Source: a virus
DNA length: 24,000 nt
Direction: 5' to 3' (one strand)
IMG/VR virus record: IMGVR_UViG_3300010357_000589
Span: 1-24,000 of that record
The translations under genes were made by a program, and so were the position numbers. Positions 8,283-17,591 of this stretch are shown here, in pieces. Numbering within the stretch: the first letter of the stretch is position 1; every line of letters begins with the position of its first letter. The notes beneath the pieces are model-generated. The model was not told the origin of the DNA, searched no databases, and saw only the letters and a list, made by a program, of their open reading frames with translations.

Positions 8283-8747
8283 TTAAGCTCCGATACGGAC
8301 GAAACGACCTTTGACATATCCACCAGCATTTACAGCAACAGCTTCTGCGGATATATCTATTTCGTCAATACGGAAACCCCACTGAACGCAAGTTGTATCC
8401 GTAACGTCAATATCATAGTTATGCTCTAAATCGACTATCTCACCAACGTCGGTTTGTGCGGCTTTAGTTGAAGAACCATTTGGAACCCAGAATGTATATT
8501 GATCATTCGGTGGGATAACAGGAACTTCAATTGCTCCTGCGGCACCTGAGTTATTATTAGCGTCTGCGGCGGCAATTCCTAAGAAAGTAGCCGCAAAAGC
8601 TGTCCCATTTACTGCATACCCATTACCATCATCAAACACTGCAGATCCTTTAGCAATGCTTGTCGTCCCAGCAACAGGCACATAAATTAAACCTTGATTT
8701 GTGATTAAATTATCAAGGGTAAATCCTGCTTTATAATATCGACCCAT
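8283..8747 (-). CDS. Capsid cement/decoration protein (DUF2190-like)
   Basis: Start reassigned to MGRYY (ATG 8747, RBS GGAGGA). Pattern VPVAGTTSIAKGSAV...FLGIAA; typical position just upstream of the capsid gene. Confidence 0.65.
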   Translation of the reverse strand: MGRYYKAGFTLDNLITNQGLIYVPVAGTTSIAKGSAVFDDGNGYAVNGTAFAATFLGIAAADANNNSGAAGAIEVPVIPPNDQYTFWVPNGSSTKAAQTDVGEIVDLEHNYDIDVTDTTCVQWGFRIDEIDISAEAVAVNAGGYVKGRFVRIGA

Positions 8748-8748
8748 A

Positions 8749-8937
8749 TTATCCTCCATACTGTGAGAGAGGAAGCTTTATTTTAGAAGGAATATCTTCA
8801 GGTCGAGTATTCTTATGACTCCATCCGCAATATCTGCAAGGAACAGGAGGCATTTCGCCTTTTAAGTATGTCTGCTCTGTCTTACAGCTTCCACAGATAT
8901 AATATAATTCGACTCTGTCTTGTTTGCGGTCTGTCAT
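8749..8937 (-). CDS. Small zinc-ribbon protein
   Basis: 62 aa with CGSC and CRYC pairs. Confidence 0.65.
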   Translation of the reverse strand: MTDRKQDRVELYYICGSCKTEQTYLKGEMPPVPCRYCGWSHKNTRPEDIPSKIKLPLSQYGG

Positions 8938-8939
8938 CT

Positions 8940-10196
8940 TTAACTCATTTTGCCAATAGAACCAACTCTCATTTCAGGATTTTTAGCTCTTAACCTATGT
9001 CGCTCTAAAACCTTATTGAAATCAAGTTTAGATCCTCTGGCATTTGCCTTTTCGACTTCCACCTTCAAAGCCTCTTCTTCAGCTGTTAATTTTAAACCAT
9101 CATTATTTTCATTTCTGTTCATATTAGACCTCACTCCTTCATCAACAGAAGCCTGTCTCTTTTTCTCTGCATCCAGAGCCTCTTGAACGGCTTTCTGAAC
9201 TTCTTCTTCCGTATAAAACGGTTTGTTTTTATTATCTGATTTCTGATCTTTAGGTTTAAGCCTCTTTTCGAGTTCTGATATAACAAAATCGCCAAAATCA
9301 ATTCTCTCCAATAAATTAGGATTCTCATTGACTAAATCATTAACGATTTTATATTCTTCGAACTCACTTTCGAGCTTTTTGACGATCTCTTTTTCAGATA
9401 ATCCTTGTCCTTTCAATTCCATAATCCTTGCATCTGGCCTGGAATTGGGATATTTTGAAATTAACCGAGATACAGATTGAGCTTGTTTCTGCAAGAACTC
9501 CTCTGCAACAGAAGATTCTTTAATCTTTTTGAGATTTTCGTTTCTTTCAAAATCTCTCCTCTTATCTTGACGAATCATCCATCTTTGAGCTTCAACAGGA
9601 TCTTCGGCAAACCATATCTCAAGTTCATCCTTAGACATCTCTCGTCTTTGCTCTCGTGGCTTTTTGACATCTTCTTCAAGATATTTAGCGATTCTCTCTT
9701 CTTCTTGCTTATCTAAGATTAAATTAATGTCATCTTTAGGTTCATATATAGACTTAATTTTATTCTCGAGTTCTGCAATTTTTCTTTCTTTATCCTCAAT
9801 CGCCTTTTTGAGATTGAATTCAAGCTCTTTATTCTTTCCTGTGAGCTTATCAATTCTCTTTAAAGCATCTTTCAACCCTTTTAGGATTTTTTGATTGTCT
9901 GGAAGAGATTCTTCTTTTTTCAGAATTTCTTCTTTTTTCTTTTTTTCATCTTCGGTTAACAAGTTTTCTTCTTTCTCAAGCAATGCTTCTTCTTCTTGCT
10001 GTTTCTTGAGTTCTTCCTGCTTTAAAATTGCTTCTTGTTCTGCCTTCTTTTTAGCTTCTTCAGCTAAAGATTTCTTCTGCTCTTCTGTGAGCTTTGACTC
10101 TGCTTCAGCTTTCTTTGCGGCTTCCTGCTGAGCTATAAATTCCTCAGCAACCTTTACCGCTCTATCTGAAGGGTCTATATTATTAATGGTTTCCAT
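8940..10196 (-). CDS. Putative capsid scaffolding protein (highly charged coiled coil)
   Basis: 418 aa, very E/K-rich and helical, between portal and capsid genes; no prohead protease gene visible. Function inferred from synteny. Confidence 0.6.
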   Translation of the reverse strand: METINNIDPSDRAVKVAEEFIAQQEAAKKAEAESKLTEEQKKSLAEEAKKKAEQEAILKQEELKKQQEEEALLEKEENLLTEDEKKKKEEILKKEESLPDNQKILKGLKDALKRIDKLTGKNKELEFNLKKAIEDKERKIAELENKIKSIYEPKDDINLILDKQEEERIAKYLEEDVKKPREQRREMSKDELEIWFAEDPVEAQRWMIRQDKRRDFERNENLKKIKESSVAEEFLQKQAQSVSRLISKYPNSRPDARIMELKGQGLSEKEIVKKLESEFEEYKIVNDLVNENPNLLERIDFGDFVISELEKRLKPKDQKSDNKNKPFYTEEEVQKAVQEALDAEKKRQASVDEGVRSNMNRNENNDGLKLTAEEEALKVEVEKANARGSKLDFNKVLERHRLRAKNPEMRVGSIGKMS

Positions 10197-10212
10197 TTAT
10201 TCTCCTTATCGA

Positions 10213-10533
10213 TTAAACGGTTTCCTCTGAGTTAGTCTTAGATTTCTTCTTTGACTTCTTGATAAAAGGATTATTATCAACCTCTTCTTCTTTTGGAGAT
10301 GATGACTGATCACTTGGAGTAATATCATCCGCTTGAACAGTTTTTAAATCATCTTCTTGATTTAGGAGCTCCTCTTCTAATTGCTTAGCTTTAGCTCGAG
10401 CATTTAATATCTTCTGCTCATCTGCAATTGCTTCAGCTTTCGTCATAAATAAACGATTCCGATTCTGCGGCATTGGAATTAAAATCGGAGATGAAGCTAA
10501 CTTCTTTTGTTTGAAATCACTCGTTATTCCCAT
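10213..10533 (-). CDS. Hypothetical protein, charged and low-complexity
   Basis: 106 aa, RBS AAGGAGG, within the operon. Confidence 0.6.
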   Translation of the reverse strand: MGITSDFKQKKLASSPILIPMPQNRNRLFMTKAEAIADEQKILNARAKAKQLEEELLNQEDDLKTVQADDITPSDQSSSPKEEEVDNNPFIKKSKKKSKTNSEETV

Positions 10534-10786
10534 TTTTTATTTCCTCCTTTAACATTTGCATCCGTTGTCTTATCGCAGACAACACCCCTATTAGAGCGTC
10601 GTGCTTGGCTAATGCAACCTTACTTTCATCGCATTTGCTGTCACGAATTAATCTCAATGCTTCAACTTTAAAATTCTCAGCTTTTTCATTTATAAAATTA
10701 ACCAGCAAAGAAAAATCGCTGTTATCAAACAGCCTCAGCCATTGCTCCAGCTCCAACCTTGCCAGCATTGAGTCTTGAGTTGACAT
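10517..10786 (-). CDS. Small helical portal-adjacent hypothetical protein (start uncertain)
   Basis: 89 aa ORF overlapping the portal 3' end; amphipathic helices; alternative ATG at 10768. Confidence 0.55.
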   Translation of the reverse strand: MSTQDSMLARLELEQWLRLFDNSDFSLLVNFINEKAENFKVEALRLIRDSKCDESKVALAKHDALIGVLSAIRQRMQMLKEEIKNGNNE

Positions 10787-12968
10787 CTAATTCTCCATTT
10801 CCTTGAGGTTGATCTTTTCCAGGAACATTAATTTCATCTGGATTTTTAACGCCTCTTGCTAAAACATTAGGACCTTCCATAATCATTCTTTGAGCTAATT
10901 GATTAGCCATCATATCTTGATAAGCTCTTTTTACCTGATCAATCATTGCAATAGATAAATCAAACATATATTTATCTAAATTAGGTCTAACCTCTTCTGA
11001 CAATTCATAATACTTCTCAGATTTTAATTGATCTAATCCTGCAACTAAACTAATAGCATCATCTGTTGGCTTGACCTCTGGGATTTCTCCTTGAGCTATT
11101 TGTTGCCACTTAGCCTTAACATCTTCACGCTGTCCATTCATAGCAGGCGGCTGTGGAGGCATTATATTGTCTATTCCAGGAACTCCTATTGTTTTAGCCG
11201 CATTCTTGACCAACTGCCAATTGCCTCTTGGATTTATTTGCGGATTAAACCAAACAGTATTCTGAAGAACTTCTAATCCCCATATAGCGATCTGTCTTTC
11301 AAGAGTTTTTGAACCAGAAATAATATCTGGAGTCATTCGAACATCATATCCGCCTCTTATTGATTCAAGCGTGAATTGTTCAAATAACCTCTTTCCATTA
11401 TCTCCTAAAATCCTCTCTCCTAAATCTGGCGGAGCCCAATCCTGATAAAACTCAAGCAACATTATTATTGCAGAACATATATCTTCAATTATTCTTGAAA
11501 CCCAAAGACTAAACCTCGTTTCGCTCTTCTGATTAATCAAAACATCTCGTGTAGCTGTTCCGCTTGCGTTTGCTTGATTTGTCATAAAATAAGAAGCCAC
11601 TCCTGTGACTTTCTCTAACATCTCCTGAAGTATCGAGAAATCTATTTGAGCCCACGCCATTGAACGAGATAAATTTGGAAAATAAACCTTTGATGGATCA
11701 TCAGAAGGATAAATATCTCCAGGCTTAATTTTATATGTCTGCTTCTGATAATTCTCATCTGGCTTCATAAACCCAAACGGAACATTCTGAATGTATTGAA
11801 AATCACTCTTTTGATTCCATATATTGTTATATGCATTTGAAATCGGAGCAATTAATCTCGGCAATGACCTGCCTTGAAAGAAACCAGGTCGTCTTATAAG
11901 AGCACCACCTCTAAAAGGATATTTTCCGCTTCTTGTTATCTTTCTTAAAGGCTTTATCGATAATAATGTCTCTGTTATCGGTTCAACATGACATCTAAAT
12001 CTTTCAGTCTTACCACCAATAGTCAATGTCCCATACCACTCAAGAATGTCTAAAGGAACATTGTCAAAATTCAAACTGTTTGAACCAGGAAGAGATAATC
12101 CTAAAGCGTTTGACTTCTCTTTCAATATAATATTATCTTTATCATAAATGCATCCTTTTAGATTTTTAAAGAAATCATCGTCAACTCCTTTAAAAATAGA
12201 CCTTTCGATTAAGACTTTTAATGCATCTGGAGTCTTATGAATAACATGAATTATAAAAGGCTTTTCTTCAAGAGTAGAGCCGAATGTCGGCAAAACAATG
12301 TCCTCAAGATTATCTATATTCTCAAGACACGCTCTTTCAAATCTCTTGTGAACTGTCTTTATATCATATCCGAGAAACTTGCCAACCTTTTCACCTGCAT
12401 TCTGATTTATTTTAGAAATAACCTTAACAATAGAACTATATCTCGGAATTCGAAGATCAACCCATTCATACCAAACTCTCCATGACCCTTTAAATATTGA
12501 AACTCCTTGAGTAATGCGATTATGAATAAAGTCGTCTATCTCTGGGAAAATATTACACTCAGAAGGAGACACCATCCATTTTGCAAATTTTGTTATATTA
12601 TCTCTTCTGTCAAAATCGTTCTCTTCATTCGCAATAAAATGAATTGTGTCTGGATTAAAACAAGTTGATAATAAAGTAGCTTGATATTGATCGCATGTCG
12701 CAGATGTTAACCCTAAGTTTCTGTCAGATTGCCAGCTCTCTTTATCTAAATTCTCAATTTGAGATGGCGGAGCTCCTTCATACATGGCAATGTCTAATGC
12801 CCTGTCATTTAGCCAAGTCGCCATCTGTGCCCTTCCATCCCTCATATCTTCTAAAATCTTCTTTACAATCGCTTTTTTATCAACTCCAGCAAAAGAGTCA
12901 CTCTCCATTTGAGGGTCTAATCTTCCATTTTTAATGTCTTTTTCTTCTAAAGGATTCTCTTTTGTCAT
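10725..12968 (-). CDS. Portal protein, podovirus/P22-like
   Basis: 747 aa downstream of TerL; motifs IAMYEG, ITQGVSIFKGSW, FQGRSLPRLIAPISNAYNNIWNQKSD, GTAT, Gln/Pro-rich C-terminal region. Confidence 0.85.
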   Translation of the reverse strand: MTKENPLEEKDIKNGRLDPQMESDSFAGVDKKAIVKKILEDMRDGRAQMATWLNDRALDIAMYEGAPPSQIENLDKESWQSDRNLGLTSATCDQYQATLLSTCFNPDTIHFIANEENDFDRRDNITKFAKWMVSPSECNIFPEIDDFIHNRITQGVSIFKGSWRVWYEWVDLRIPRYSSIVKVISKINQNAGEKVGKFLGYDIKTVHKRFERACLENIDNLEDIVLPTFGSTLEEKPFIIHVIHKTPDALKVLIERSIFKGVDDDFFKNLKGCIYDKDNIILKEKSNALGLSLPGSNSLNFDNVPLDILEWYGTLTIGGKTERFRCHVEPITETLLSIKPLRKITRSGKYPFRGGALIRRPGFFQGRSLPRLIAPISNAYNNIWNQKSDFQYIQNVPFGFMKPDENYQKQTYKIKPGDIYPSDDPSKVYFPNLSRSMAWAQIDFSILQEMLEKVTGVASYFMTNQANASGTATRDVLINQKSETRFSLWVSRIIEDICSAIIMLLEFYQDWAPPDLGERILGDNGKRLFEQFTLESIRGGYDVRMTPDIISGSKTLERQIAIWGLEVLQNTVWFNPQINPRGNWQLVKNAAKTIGVPGIDNIMPPQPPAMNGQREDVKAKWQQIAQGEIPEVKPTDDAISLVAGLDQLKSEKYYELSEEVRPNLDKYMFDLSIAMIDQVKRAYQDMMANQLAQRMIMEGPNVLARGVKNPDEINVPGKDQPQGNGELDVNSRLNAGKVGAGAMAEAV

Positions 12969-12981
12969 CTATATGCCTTTT

Positions 12982-13212
12982 TTAATTTGATCTTGGAATT
13001 ACTAAATCAGAATTAATGGAAATTTTTTTATTTTCTTCTTGTATCTTAAAATATCTGAACATGTTAGGAATTTCAATCATAGCAATACCCAACGATTGAG
13101 GAAGAAATCTTGAATTATCATATTTCCCATAAGTTATAAGTTTTCCGTCTTCAATAAAAACTGCGAAAACAATATTGTCTTTATTTATATGCTTTTCTTG
13201 ATCGTCTCCCAT
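12982..13212 (-). CDS. Hypothetical protein
   Basis: Start reassigned to MGDDQEK (ATG 13212, 1 nt after TerL stop, AAGGAAGG upstream). Confidence 0.55.
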   Translation of the reverse strand: MGDDQEKHINKDNIVFAVFIEDGKLITYGKYDNSRFLPQSLGIAMIEIPNMFRYFKIQEENKKISINSDLVIPRSN

Positions 13213-13213
13213 T

Positions 13214-14686
13214 TTAGTAAACCTTCCTTTCGTTAGTTTCATACTCTTGTTGAACTATATAACGAGGGTTTGCCATGACTAAATATCTAACACAATCTGG
13301 AAAATCTTTATATTTCTCCTTAGGCTTTACTCCATCTCGAATGTCTCCATCAGCAGTTTCTATATCTCTGTAACTATACTTTGAAAGCTGGCTTATTGTA
13401 TTAATGCAATTATCAGTTATAAATATCTTAGGGCTTACAGTAAATGAACCCTTTTTAGTCTCCCAATGCAAATATTCTTTAACTTGAATATGCCCAGCTT
13501 CTAAAGAATCAATCCCATCATCATAAAATAAACCTCTTTTTCTAAGCTGTTCCTTTGGAGTTGTCTTTGACTGTCCTCCTTGCCTCTCTGCCAACTGAAT
13601 TGTCTTTGTCCCAAAATTAGGATCTAAAATACGCTTAACATATTTATTAGACACAATCTTCAAAATAGGAATTTCTTTATTCTTAATCAAAGAAGCATAA
13701 TCATCATAAGTTTTGTCATCATATAACATCGAATTGAAATCAATATTCGGATACTCGTCAAATATGCAAACAGAGCCTGTCTTATGAACTGCCGCCCATA
13801 TCATAGCCCACGGCTTCCTGTCGTGAGGATCTGTAACTTGCCATATCTGACAATTATTCAAATCTAAATCATTTCTTGAAATAACATGAATATCCTTTGA
13901 AAACTTTGGATAAATCCTTCCAGCAAGGTTTATCGGCATGCCAAATATGCGACATAACCTCTCTTGAACGTCCATCGTTTTAATTTCGTCTTTTAATCTT
14001 TGCTGATTAATATAGATATTCTCTGGAGTCCATAGAAAAAATATCTTTGCACTGCCTTTTTCAGCTATTCTCGGAAGGTCTTTATTAACATCTTTTGCAT
14101 ACTGAACCTTTATCGGAATATAATTTTCAAATACCTCTTCGACAAGATTTGTTATGCCTTTTAATGATGTCATTGTAAGAATTAATCTTCCTGAACGATC
14201 AATAAGCCTCATTTTACATTCATCCCATATTTCTTTAGGAGGCTCTTCATCTAACCAAATAATGTCAACATCATCACCTTGGAACGCTTCAAATCCCTGG
14301 TCATAAGACTTAAATACCATTAGAGTCCCATTGTCGAATTCTATTTTTCTATTTGAAAAACCGTTTATAGGATTATATCTTGCATAAGTAACTCTGTTTT
14401 TCGGAAGAAGCTCCCAAATCTTCCTTTGCTGTATGTTGACACTGTCTGAAAAAGTAAGTCCGCAACACCAAACTCTTAAAGATTTATCTGACTTTATTAT
14501 CTCAGACAATACATCATAAGCTCCTCCTTCACTCTTTCCGCTTCTATTTCCTCCAAGAGCGACCTTTATTTTAGATGGACAATTAACAAAAAGAGACTGC
14601 ATAGGCATTAATGAATGCAGAAGTAATGGATTTATCTTCGATCTGACTTTAAGTTCATCAACAATTTCTTTTAATAAAGCGTTCAT
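13214..14686 (-). CDS. terL: Terminase large subunit
   Basis: Walker A GGNRSGKS, Walker B FQGDDVDIIWLDEEP, coupling motif LTMT, nuclease motifs DPHDRKP, ILDP and KDFPDCVRY. Confidence 0.95.
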   Translation of the reverse strand: MNALLKEIVDELKVRSKINPLLLHSLMPMQSLFVNCPSKIKVALGGNRSGKSEGGAYDVLSEIIKSDKSLRVWCCGLTFSDSVNIQQRKIWELLPKNRVTYARYNPINGFSNRKIEFDNGTLMVFKSYDQGFEAFQGDDVDIIWLDEEPPKEIWDECKMRLIDRSGRLILTMTSLKGITNLVEEVFENYIPIKVQYAKDVNKDLPRIAEKGSAKIFFLWTPENIYINQQRLKDEIKTMDVQERLCRIFGMPINLAGRIYPKFSKDIHVISRNDLDLNNCQIWQVTDPHDRKPWAMIWAAVHKTGSVCIFDEYPNIDFNSMLYDDKTYDDYASLIKNKEIPILKIVSNKYVKRILDPNFGTKTIQLAERQGGQSKTTPKEQLRKRGLFYDDGIDSLEAGHIQVKEYLHWETKKGSFTVSPKIFITDNCINTISQLSKYSYRDIETADGDIRDGVKPKEKYKDFPDCVRYLVMANPRYIVQQEYETNERKVY

Positions 14687-15123
14687 TCTTTTTTAGCTTC
14701 TATTTTTGAACTTGTTAATAATTTAACTTTATTTAAAATTTCTTCATCAGAAATATCAGAAAACTTTTCATTTCCCATTGACATGCGAGCGTCAATTTCT
14801 TGTTTTGGTAATCCATCTGTCCTATTCATTATAAGCTCTAAAGCCCTTAAATCTCCTTTAAGACCTTTTGCAATAAGCTGGAGACATAAAATCTCATAAA
14901 TCGACTTTTTTCCTGTCTTTTGAGATATTGGATCAAAAACATCAATTTCATTCTCAAATATCCGTTTTAATACTGTCGAAAACATCACATAACCCTTTGG
15001 TCTTCCTTTCTTACCAGCACCTCTATTTTCTCCAGGCTTTATTCTGTAAGGATTTCCAGTCTTAAATGTCTGAGGTCTTTTTTGTGCTCCATTCCTGAAA
15101 CCATAAAGTCCACCTGAACTCAT
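14683..15123 (-). CDS. Putative terminase small subunit (DUF5681-like N-terminus)
   Basis: FKTGNP...KPG...KGRPKG motif, GDLRALELIMNRTDG; ATGA overlap with terL. Confidence 0.7.
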   Translation of the reverse strand: MSSGGLYGFRNGAQKRPQTFKTGNPYRIKPGENRGAGKKGRPKGYVMFSTVLKRIFENEIDVFDPISQKTGKKSIYEILCLQLIAKGLKGDLRALELIMNRTDGLPKQEIDARMSMGNEKFSDISDEEILNKVKLLTSSKIEAKKE

Positions 15124-16298
15124 AATTTAACCGCCTTCTTTCCCGTGAATTCTTCCCATCTTCTTATGCAAACATCAACGAATAAATTGCTTATCTCTAT
15201 CGCATAACATTTGCGACGATGCTTTTCACAAACAATAAGAGTCGTTCCTGATCCGCTAAAAGGTTCATAAACAAGATCACCTTCATCTGTATGATTTAAT
15301 AAGAGTCTCTCAAATAACTCAAGAGGTTTCTGCGTTGGATGGATGTCGTTTTTCATCATCCTGTCTATTTCAAAAACAGAAGATTGATTAGATGGGGTGT
15401 TATTTTTAATTGTTTTTTTAGAAAGAATAAATATTGGCTCATGCTGATACTGATATCTTGCTCCCATGTGAAAACAGAAATTTTGCTTTTTCCAGACTAA
15501 AAGCTCTAAAAGATTAAATCCTAAAGACTCACTAACAAGAGCAAGATGAATTGTTTGTTTTCCTGCATAAGTCATAATAATGTTATTTGTCGGCATTATA
15601 GACATAAATCCATTAAGCAACGAACGAGGATCATCTGGGTCCTGATATGAATCTAATGTTTTATTTGTCTTATTCTTTCGAGATTTATATTTTACGCTAT
15701 ATGGCGGATCTGTAAGACATAATTCTGCATATTCATTTCCAAATAATTTTTTAACACAATTTATATCCGTTGATGAACCGCACATTATTTTGTTATTTCC
15801 TAAAAGATAAATATCTCCTTCTTTAACTTTACAATTTCCCTCATCAACATCTGGAACATCATCCTCTGCATCAATCCTAACTTCCGAGAAAGCTTTATCT
15901 ATTTCATATCCTTCAAATCCACAATCTTTCAACATATCATGATCAAAAGAATTTAATAATTTATATTCCCAATCTCCAAGGTTGCGATTTAATCTGAGAT
16001 TTAATTCCATCTCTTCTTTTGGAGTAAGTGGTCGATGAGGAACTGAAACAGAAACTTCTTCATCTCCGAGCAATGCGAGAATTTTTAATCTTTGATGTCC
16101 TCCAACTAATCTGTTGTTTGAATTCACGACGAGAGGTTCAGCCTGACCAAACCTTTCCAAAGACTTTTTTAATTCGTTAGCTTGTTTTTCACTAATTTTT
16201 CTTGGATTATAATCTGCAGGTATTAATTCTGAAATCTTTCTTTTTTCCGTCGTCCAATAAATCTTTCCATTTGAGGAAATGCTTTTTTGTTTTTTCAT
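15120..16298 (-). CDS. ParB-like domain fused to N4-C/N6-A DNA methyltransferase (beta class)
   Basis: N-term YNPRKI...EPLVVN...GGHQRL (ParB-like); catalytic DPPY, HPTQKP, SAM-binding EPFSGSGTT, C-term RRWEEFTGKKA. Common terminase-adjacent phage arrangement. Confidence 0.92.
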   Translation of the reverse strand: MKKQKSISSNGKIYWTTEKRKISELIPADYNPRKISEKQANELKKSLERFGQAEPLVVNSNNRLVGGHQRLKILALLGDEEVSVSVPHRPLTPKEEMELNLRLNRNLGDWEYKLLNSFDHDMLKDCGFEGYEIDKAFSEVRIDAEDDVPDVDEGNCKVKEGDIYLLGNNKIMCGSSTDINCVKKLFGNEYAELCLTDPPYSVKYKSRKNKTNKTLDSYQDPDDPRSLLNGFMSIMPTNNIIMTYAGKQTIHLALVSESLGFNLLELLVWKKQNFCFHMGARYQYQHEPIFILSKKTIKNNTPSNQSSVFEIDRMMKNDIHPTQKPLELFERLLLNHTDEGDLVYEPFSGSGTTLIVCEKHRRKCYAIEISNLFVDVCIRRWEEFTGKKAVKL

Positions 16299-16394
16299 TT
16301 TTCTCTTTTCTGAGGTGGTTTAAAAAAAATATTTGTTTCATTATCCGCACGAATGCTTATGATGAACGCTTTTATAAATGCCACCTCAAAAATC

Positions 16395-16423
16395 TTTATA
16401 GTATATTTTAAATATTCTGTCAA
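16395..16423 (-). promoter_or_regulatory. Sigma70-type promoter for the packaging/structural operon
   Basis: TTGACA (16423-16418), 17-nt spacer, TATAAA (16400-16395). Confidence 0.7.
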
Positions 16424-16519
16424 ATATTTTTATAAAATAATTGTTACACATAAATGTGACATAGATCATTCGCTTTAAAAATTAAAGCGATGAAAAAAAT
16501 AAAATAAATTTAATTTACC

Positions 16520-16548
16520 TTGAATTAATCTTGTTTCAGCTATAACAT
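16520..16548 (+). promoter_or_regulatory. Candidate sigma70-type promoter for the early arm
   Basis: TTGAAT (16520-25), 17-nt spacer, TAACAT (16543-48); AT-rich upstream tract. Weaker match in very AT-rich DNA. Confidence 0.4.
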
Positions 16549-16597
16549 TAGGTGTAAATAAAACAAAAAACAAAATAAAAAAAAAGGAGACGACGAG

Positions 16598-16789
16598 ATG
16601 AAAAGAACACAAGAACAGGTTGAAGAATTAAGAAAAAGATTAACAACAATGTCATCGGACGATTTATTGTTCTTACTAATCGATTTTTATAACAAACAAG
16701 ATAGAGATTACATTGGAATGGCAGAGTTTGGTAAAAAATTAGCTAAAATAGCGAAAGAGATTAGAAGAAGAACATCAATAACAAAATAG
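16598..16789 (+). CDS. Hypothetical protein
   Basis: 63 aa, RBS AAGGAG, first gene of the plus arm. Confidence 0.7.
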   Translation: MKRTQEQVEELRKRLTTMSSDDLLFLLIDFYNKQDRDYIGMAEFGKKLAKIAKEIRRRTSITK

Positions 16790-16833
16790 GATTAAAAATC
16801 TATAAACATTTAAAATAAAAAAAGGAGACTAAA

Positions 16834-17184
16834 ATGAAAAAAAGAACATTCAAAAAACTCAATTTTATATTACCAAAATCAGTCCAAGAAAGGATCGAAG
16901 CAAAGAAGAATGGGACTTTCGAAGAAACAAAGAGACAAACAACATTAAAAGGGAAGTCAAGAAACGATTTAATGTTAGATGCAAAAGAAAAAGGAATTAA
17001 AAATTTCAGGATCCTAAACAAAGAAGAATTAACAGCTGTTCTTGATGAGAAAGCATCTCCAGAAACAATAAAAGAAATAACAGCAAAAGCTGTTGAAAGA
17101 TGGAAAAGTGGATGGGGCTCTAAAGATAAACTTGGAAATATACCAACAGAAACATTAAACAAATCAATCAAAAAAGGACTATAA
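16834..17184 (+). CDS. Protein with Rho N-terminal-like (helix-extended-helix) motif
   Basis: SRNDLMLDAKEKGIKNFRILNKEELTAVL fits the Rho_N pattern (L...AK..GI.....L.K.EL); RBS AAGGAG. Confidence 0.6.
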   Translation: MKKRTFKKLNFILPKSVQERIEAKKNGTFEETKRQTTLKGKSRNDLMLDAKEKGIKNFRILNKEELTAVLDEKASPETIKEITAKAVERWKSGWGSKDKLGNIPTETLNKSIKKGL

Positions 17185-17185
17185 T

Positions 17186-17434
17186 ATGTTTAGATATTCA
17201 ATTAAAATCCCTTATTGGAAAGAGAAAGGCATCAGCGTGGACTTAGATAAATGCCACGATGATGAATTTGAAGTCGAATGCACACATAAAAACGCAGATG
17301 GATCAAGATATTTTGATGGAGTGTATAAAGTAAAGCGTCACATAGTTGAACAGATGAAAGATGTCCGAGCAAAGAATAAAACATTAAAACTAATCACTTT
17401 CGATTATCTAAGGACTTTAAAGGAGAAATTATGA
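17186..17434 (+). CDS. Hypothetical protein
   Basis: 82 aa, starts 1 nt after the upstream stop. Confidence 0.65.
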   Translation: MFRYSIKIPYWKEKGISVDLDKCHDDEFEVECTHKNADGSRYFDGVYKVKRHIVEQMKDVRAKNKTLKLITFDYLRTLKEKL

Positions 17435-17568
17435 AAAATAAAAAGCTTGAAATTAATTATAAGAATGTTTACAGTGATCAAATAAAATTCAATAAAGAAC
17501 CAGAAAATGATAAATGGAAAAAATCCCACAGAGAAGTTTTTATGGATGTTGAAAAAGATTCAATTTAA
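17431..17568 (+). CDS. Small hypothetical protein (45 aa, MKNKKLEINY...)
   Basis: Not in ORF track; ATGA overlap with upstream stop, RBS AAGGAG, fills the gap. Confidence 0.55.
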   Translation: MKNKKLEINYKNVYSDQIKFNKEPENDKWKKSHREVFMDVEKDSI

Positions 17569-17591
17569 ACCAAACAAAAAAGGAGACGACA

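Noticed and set aside
1923-12934. Other plus-strand ORFs in the late arm (e.g. 1923-2150, 2923-3126, 3108-3329, 5885-6073, 8950-9186, 9477-10131, 12237-12485)
   Set aside because: All lie antisense to longer, motif-bearing genes and have shadow-type composition (Ser/Phe/Leu or His/Gln rich).
15120-16298. ParB-methyltransferase fusion as a novel system
   Set aside because: This fusion next to terminase genes is common in phages; recorded as a feature only.
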